A stretch of DNA of 64,000 nt, from the NCBI GenBank assembly GCA_951406725.2, contig OX597825.1, forward strand, positions 85,312,001-85,376,000, given 5' to 3'. The notes beneath the pieces are model-generated. The model saw only the letters and a list, made by a program, of their open reading frames with translations. It did no database searches and was not told the origin of the DNA. Position numbers and translations under genes: made by a program. This document shows positions 57,790 through 64,000 of the stretch, in pieces. Every line of letters starts with the position of its first letter. Position 1 is the first letter of the stretch. This DNA is from Octopus vulgaris (lineage: Eukaryota).

Positions 57790-58031
57790 TAATTATTTCT
57801 AGGAACGATGAATCTCGAAGTAAATAAAGCTATAAATAACAGCGTGTAAATATTAGGTTAAAAATCTCTTTTGATAGAAAAACTCGAAGATTGCCCGTGC
57901 GATTCGAACCCGCATCTCCAATAAGCATGACTAACTTCGACATTTTGTATTCAATAGGTTTTTAGTCCTATATTTATACGCTTTTTCATAGCTTTATTTG
58001 CTTCGAGACTCGCCATTCCTATAAAGAATTA
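57790..58031. mobile_element. MITE-like imperfect fold-back element with a tRNA-like B-box inside
   Basis: aggaacgatgaatctcgaagtaaataaagctat / atagctttatttgcttcgagactcgccattcct; centre gattcgaacccg. Confidence 0.6.
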
Positions 58032-58952
58032 TTTCATGTTCTCGCAGTTTCTAAATTCTTATAGCGACAGTAAATTAATTTTTAAATGTCTCCAACGGTT
58101 TCGTAAACCTGAGGGAAAAGAGCGCAACGCTGTTTGATTATAAATAAAAGTGATAAATTATTTTAGTACATCTTGGTACTGGCATAATTAAATATTGGTT
58201 ATTGATAACCTTCAATTATCAGTAATTGAAGTCACTGATGCAATAAAGAGGAGAGACATAAATTCCATTACTGAGACAGCAGAGAAGGTCACTTGAGGGC
58301 AGACCGGGGACTTGCTGCTTGTGGGAAGCAAGCTGGAATATAACCAACCTCGGCTGGGTAAAGTGGGCGAGGAAGTCTGGTGCTGAAAGACCCGAAACTT
58401 CATGACACCCCAGAAACCGTGCCGATGATGCATCCTAGGACATCCTTGAGATGTATCTTGAAATGAACTACAGCTGCTAAACAGACTATAATTAGCAAAA
58501 AATACTTAATCGGGAAGTGTCCAATGTAAAAATATTATAAAGTATGAACAACTCTTTAAGTCAGATTAACAAAGACTGAACTACGGTGGTTAATTATTTC
58601 TAAGGACTGGTCCCGGTACATGAAATAATTGTCCATAAGCTTTCCTTTCCCTGACGATGTGCTCTTGGAGAGTTACATAGGATATAACTTGCAAGAAATT
58701 GTCCCAATATACACAGTATATACATATGTATGTGTACATAGATGCGTAAAAATGTGTGTCTATGTGTGTGTGCGTGCTTTGTGGAGAAAGAGACAGACAG
58801 ATAGATAGATATATTGAGTGTTTCGATCGATTGATCGACTGATGGTTTGGTGATATAGATAGGCAACATAGACATATAAATACGCATATATATGTATGTG
58901 TATATATATTTATATATATATATATATGTACATATATATGCATATATGTGTG

Positions 58953-59004
<52 letters not shown>

Positions 59005-59027
59005 ATATGTATGTATATATATATATG

Positions 59028-59133
<106 letters not shown>

Positions 59134-59168
59134 GTATTGTTGTATATATATTTATATATATATATATA

Positions 59169-59249
<81 letters not shown>

Positions 59250-59377
59250 CATATATACATACATATATATAGTATGTGTGTGTGCGCGCGTACGTTCGTA
59301 TAATTTACTACAAAACAATGTAATGTATTATATGTAAACTAAGATTGTTGTGGAACTACTCTCTAGAGGGATTTAGA

Positions 59378-60165
59378 AAACTTTGTGTGTTATCGAAGGA
59401 TCGTGATACGTTTACTCTGATGAGGCACAAGTATTTCGAAACAGATGTGTGCGAAGCATTCTATTCTGATATCAGCGTCTTATTATCTTAGTTTTGTATT
59501 TCACTGGCGTTGTTTCATCTGTGCTTTTTTTTTTTTTTTGTTTTTTGGGGGGTTTTTTTGTATGGCACAATGGCACAGTCAGAACTAAAAACGGATCCAA
59601 CACAAAAACGATGAAGAATTGTAATACAGTGTTTGTCTAATCTGCCCATTTTCGTCTGATGATGCTGATTCAAACCTCTTTCGCAGAGAACCAGCAGAGA
59701 CTGTTCGCTGGTTTGATTTTTACTGAACGTAAGTCCATTGCTACAATATAAGTCCGCGTTTTCTATAGCGATTCTACAAATATATAACATACTGTTGTAC
59801 TGTACAGTATCACAGACATCGAATAGAAAATATTATGATTTTGTCCTTCATATATAACGAAAACATGATAATTAGCTTTATTACTTACCAATATCTTGTA
59901 AATCACCAGCCTTTTATCTTTCAATCAAAAAAATGCCGGCAAAAATATTAGATTTTTCAATCAATTTTTCCTGTGTCGCTAACATTTTGTGTATAATAGC
60001 TTCATATATACATACATGTGATGTGGGTGTTTATGTGTGTGTGAGCAACACTAAGATAATACGACGTTCTGTTTCAGAATAGAATGCTTTGCGCACATCT
60101 ATTTCGAGACACTTGTGCTTCATCAGAGAACACGTGTCATTATTCTTCGGTAGCACAAAATTTTA
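59378..60165. mobile_element. Inverted pair of Penelope-like pLTR fragments, each with a hammerhead relic
   Basis: ctgatgaggcacaagtatttcgaaacagatgtgtgcgaagcattctattctga (~59417, +) versus its reverse complement at ~60075-60128. Confidence 0.6.
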
Positions 60166-60204
60166 AGCCTAAATGTGTGTATGTATGTATATTTGAATGT
60201 ATGT

Positions 60205-60540
60205 ATTAAGGCCTGTGATATGCAGAAGACTGGCTGGGAGAGCAATGCCTGTCATCGCTACAGATGGAGAAAGCAGGTGAATAAGGGGGTCGACACCTTT
60301 GAGAGAGCACAGGTTCAGCATGAAGAACTTAAGTGTGCTGCTTGAAAGCGCACTGCCAGTGTAGTGAATGGGGAAAGCTTGGTCTGCAATGTTTGCAGTC
60401 GTGTATGCTTGTCAAGAGCAGGGCTCATTAGACACTAACAGAGCCACAAATACAAAATATAAGGTAGTCCTAGAGGGCACAATGTTCCTGAAGGTCAACA
60501 ATGGTCTTCCTGAATCACGAGTGGACGGCCATCATCATTA
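60205..60540 (+). mobile_element. RTE-clade LINE 3' end
   Basis: KACDMQKTGWESNACHRYRWRKQVNKGV...LVCNVCSRVCLSRAGLIRH (C2H2 finger), then a short UTR and (cat)n tail. Confidence 0.8.
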
Positions 60541-60694
60541 TGTATATATGTATGTATGTATGTAAGCATGTTTTTCATTGAGTTTAATTCAAGTTCTTCT
60601 TGAGAGAGTTCAAGCCGGTCACTAACAAAGCAATAAGACTTCTTGACTTAAGGGGGTTTTTGGTGTTTGTAAATATGTGGTTGAGTTGGCTCTG

Positions 60695-60935
60695 GCAAAT
60701 CGTCGAGAGACCCCATCAGTAAGGTGGCATGTTCTCCAGAAATGAGCCGAGGTTCTACTTACGAAATTGTCCACTACAAGCTTCACTTTCGTAAAGTCTG
60801 TGCGAGTTGGATGCCATGAAAGCGCCATCGTGCGGAGATCTGTGAACGGTTATTCGACCGCCAAAACAACGAAGGCGAAGCTTTTTTGGAAAGGATAGCC
60901 AGAGGAGATGAGATCTGGGTCCATCACTTTGAGCT
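60695..60935 (+). mobile_element. Mariner transposase fragment (second subfamily)
   Basis: MSRGSTYEIVHYKLHFRKVCASWMP...EICERLFDRQNNEGEAFLERIARGDEIWVHHFE (WVP linker and first catalytic D). Confidence 0.85.
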
Positions 60936-61173
60936 ATATATATACATATACGTGCGCGTGTGTGCATGTATGTATATATGCACATATGTATGTATATATG
61001 TGTGTGTGTCTGCTTGACTGTGTGCGTGTGTGTATTATGGAAGTATGTATGTACATATATACATGCACCGCACACGCATATATAGTACGCATACATGGGC
61101 ATATGCATGCGTGTGTGTGCGTGCATGCGCGAGTGTGTCTGTTGTTTGTGTCTGTTTGTGTGTGTGTGTTTGT

Positions 61174-61259
<86 letters not shown>

Positions 61260-61519
61260 ATGCGGAAATACTCAATTCAGAAACTGATTATGTTTAGAGA
61301 ATTTATAGCCGCGGCACTTTTTATTTTTGCAACTAAATATATTTCGATTCCATTCGGAATATATAAATATATTTCATGTGCATATATAATTATATTTTCC
61401 TCGTTAATTAAATTTTAAGCCGAAACAAGCGTATTTGAAATTTCCAGAAAGTGTAAATCAGTAATGCTTTGAAATGCCCACAAAATATATTTACTCATGA
61501 AAACGTTATAAATAAATAA

Positions 61520-61551
<32 letters not shown>

Positions 61552-61939
61552 AAGTAGTGAGGAAGTTTTTGAAATCCCCAACATTTTCCGATTTTTTAAA
61601 AATTTTACGGAGAAAAATTATTTTTGTTATATTAAATTTTATTTTTTATTTGAAAATTCAAAATTTCTGATGATCAAAGAGTAAAAATCGGAAGATCACT
61701 TTTTTTGAAAGGTTAATAAAAGAAAAAAAAAAGAGAGAAGGTTAAAAGAAGAGTTTAGAAATCCATGCTGAAAATAATATCATCATTTTTTTAAGGATAT
61801 AATAAGTTTAATAAATAATGCAAACAAAATATGTTTAAACACTTGAAATACAAGAACCAAATTTAGAAGCTTCCAAATATAGAATTTGAGTCGAGGAGAT
61901 ATTCCACGTATCATGTGCATATCACCAAGATGGCTGGGC

Positions 61940-62445
61940 GGCAGAGTGGTTGAGTGGATCCTCAGATCGTTCAGGACCAAGGAAAAGGATACCATGCTAC
62001 AGCAATGGAGAGCATTCCTTCTCGGCTGCCTGGATTACTGTGGTCGTCACAGCGGAACTCGATGCAATCCAGCGCCTTTAGACAAAGAAGATTGCAACAG
62101 ATGAGCGACTGGATAAAGTTAAAAAACTAAGGCTGCTGTATTCTCTAGATAGGAGGCGCAAAAGATATGCACTAATATGGACGGGCCCGGAACGTCTAGC
62201 TTCAAGTTTTGAGATTGAAACCTTTACCAAACACTGATCTAGATGTCACTGCATAGTACCAAAGATACCCCTCATCTCAATCTAGAGATCACCCAATTCT
62301 GTAACAACAAAGATTTCAAGGGCCCACAACTATTCAACATTCTGTCGGCCAACATCAGAGATTTTCAAGGTTTAGATGTGAGTTTTTTTTCAAAGGACAT
62401 TTAGAAAACAAGTTTTTATGAGAAATACCAGATGAATCCTAATCG
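61940..62445 (+). mobile_element. CR1-like LINE ORF2 C-terminal relic
   Basis: WILRSFRTKEKDTMLQQWRAFLLGCLDYC...LKKLRLLYSLDRRRKRYALI...FKGPQLFNIL. Confidence 0.75.
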
Positions 62446-62619
62446 ACGCAGGAAACTCGGGGAAGACCAGCTCTGTCCAACTCGCTGCTTTACCAGAAAC
62501 AATTCCAGAAAGAAAGCCATAGTAATAGAAAATGTTACTTACCCAAATAGCCATGCAGTAGATTTGAACCCGAGATCTCAAGATCACGAAGCGAACATCA
62601 ACATTCGCCGAAACTGCTC

Positions 62620-62696
<77 letters not shown>

Positions 62697-62743
62697 CGTG
62701 TGTGTGTGTATGTGTGTGTATGTATATATATATATGTATATAT

Positions 62744-62901
62744 ATATGAATAGTTATCGCCAAGCTAACATGGCAGTCCAGAAAAATAGGACGAATGCTG
62801 CTGTTGATTCCAAAAGGCTATTGCCTCTTGGAGCTAATCGACGGCAGCATTCGTCCTATTTTTCTGGACTGCCATGTTAGCTTGGCGATAACTATTCATA
62901 T
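62744..62901. repeat. Near-perfect 158-bp palindrome (hairpin)
   Basis: ~66-bp arms differing at 2 positions, plus inner stem ccaaaaggc/gcctcttgg. Confidence 0.92.
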
Positions 62902-62975
62902 CCAGTACCGCTGTCGTAGTCTCCTTTAGAGAGACTTAGAAATATTAATATTTATATATATATATATACACACAC

Positions 62976-63043
<68 letters not shown>

Positions 63044-63347
63044 ATGTATGGATGGATGGATGGATGGATGGATGTATATGTCTGTACAGCTATGTTTCTT
63101 CCCTATAGCTATGCTATGATTAATCAAATATATTCTGTATATACATATTTATATACAGTTTCTTGCTTAGGTGTGTTGTGCACTTTTATATGTTCGCACA
63201 CAGATTCATATAGACGCCCTCACAAGCATACATACGCGCATACTGTATATCAGAAGTGCATACTTGCATACGATAACACACATGTAGATATTCGCGTATT
63301 TACATACACAAATGCATACATACAATCAGCACACATACTTGCATGTA

Positions 63348-63538
<191 letters not shown>

Positions 63539-64000
63539 CATATATATTTACATACGTATATATGTTTATACATATAAGTATATATACACACACACACACA
63601 TATATATAGTGTGAATTAAACAAACTGTATATATATGCATGCGTAAATACATGCAAAAATATATAGAAATATATACACTTCTATGCATACCTGATAGATG
63701 CAGCTCATTAATGTTTTATGGATGGTATTCTGAAAAGGCCCGCAGGATATCTCGTTATTTTGTGTTAGTCATTTTTACTCGTCTCTCATTAACAATCTTA
63801 CATTAAAATTCCAATCACCAATCATTATCTCAGCAAAGAAAGGAATTATACATCATTAGATATTAAAGGTTCTCTGTTAATTAATACACTTTGATCTTAA
63901 AACCAAAAATTTCGCATTAGCACATTGACTCCGTCGAATTTCTGTTTATGAAATCCGGTGACAAATTTATGTAAACTTCACGACTCAAACATTTATGTCG

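Noticed and set aside
58415-58480. ccgatga-long stem-gaaa hammerhead-like motif
   Set aside because: Stem II register and stems I/III do not fit the hammerhead topology.

Overview
AT-rich, microsatellite-saturated animal DNA that is intronic or intergenic. Its SINE families resemble the octopus OK/OR types, so an Octopus (coleoid cephalopod) origin is inferred. No intact host gene is recognisable, and nearly all listed ORFs are translations of (TA)n, (CA)n, (GATA)n, (TAA)n, (TAG)n, (CTT)n or (GAAA)n tracts. The recognisable coding relics are all transposon-derived: R4/Dong LINE (RT + REL endonuclease, 30.2-31.7 kb), Penelope GIY-YIG (28.2-28.9 kb), several Tc1/mariner fragments, CR1-like and RTE LINE fragments, plus a Helentron-type non-autonomous element. 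The main signals are: (1) about a dozen minimal type-I hammerhead-ribozyme-like motifs from several Penelope-like families, some with recurrent variant cores (CCGAnGA, CTGTnnA), often in inverted pairs and usually within (TA)n; (2) a tRNA-headed SINE present as ~184-bp head-to-tail multimers with array-private variants, one dimer enclosed by a single 15-bp TSD, and a tail shared with a LINE-like 3' end; (3) several long near-perfect hairpins; (4) a weakly supported set of plus-strand candidate exons at 42.7-45.2 kb. All alignments and folds were done by eye.
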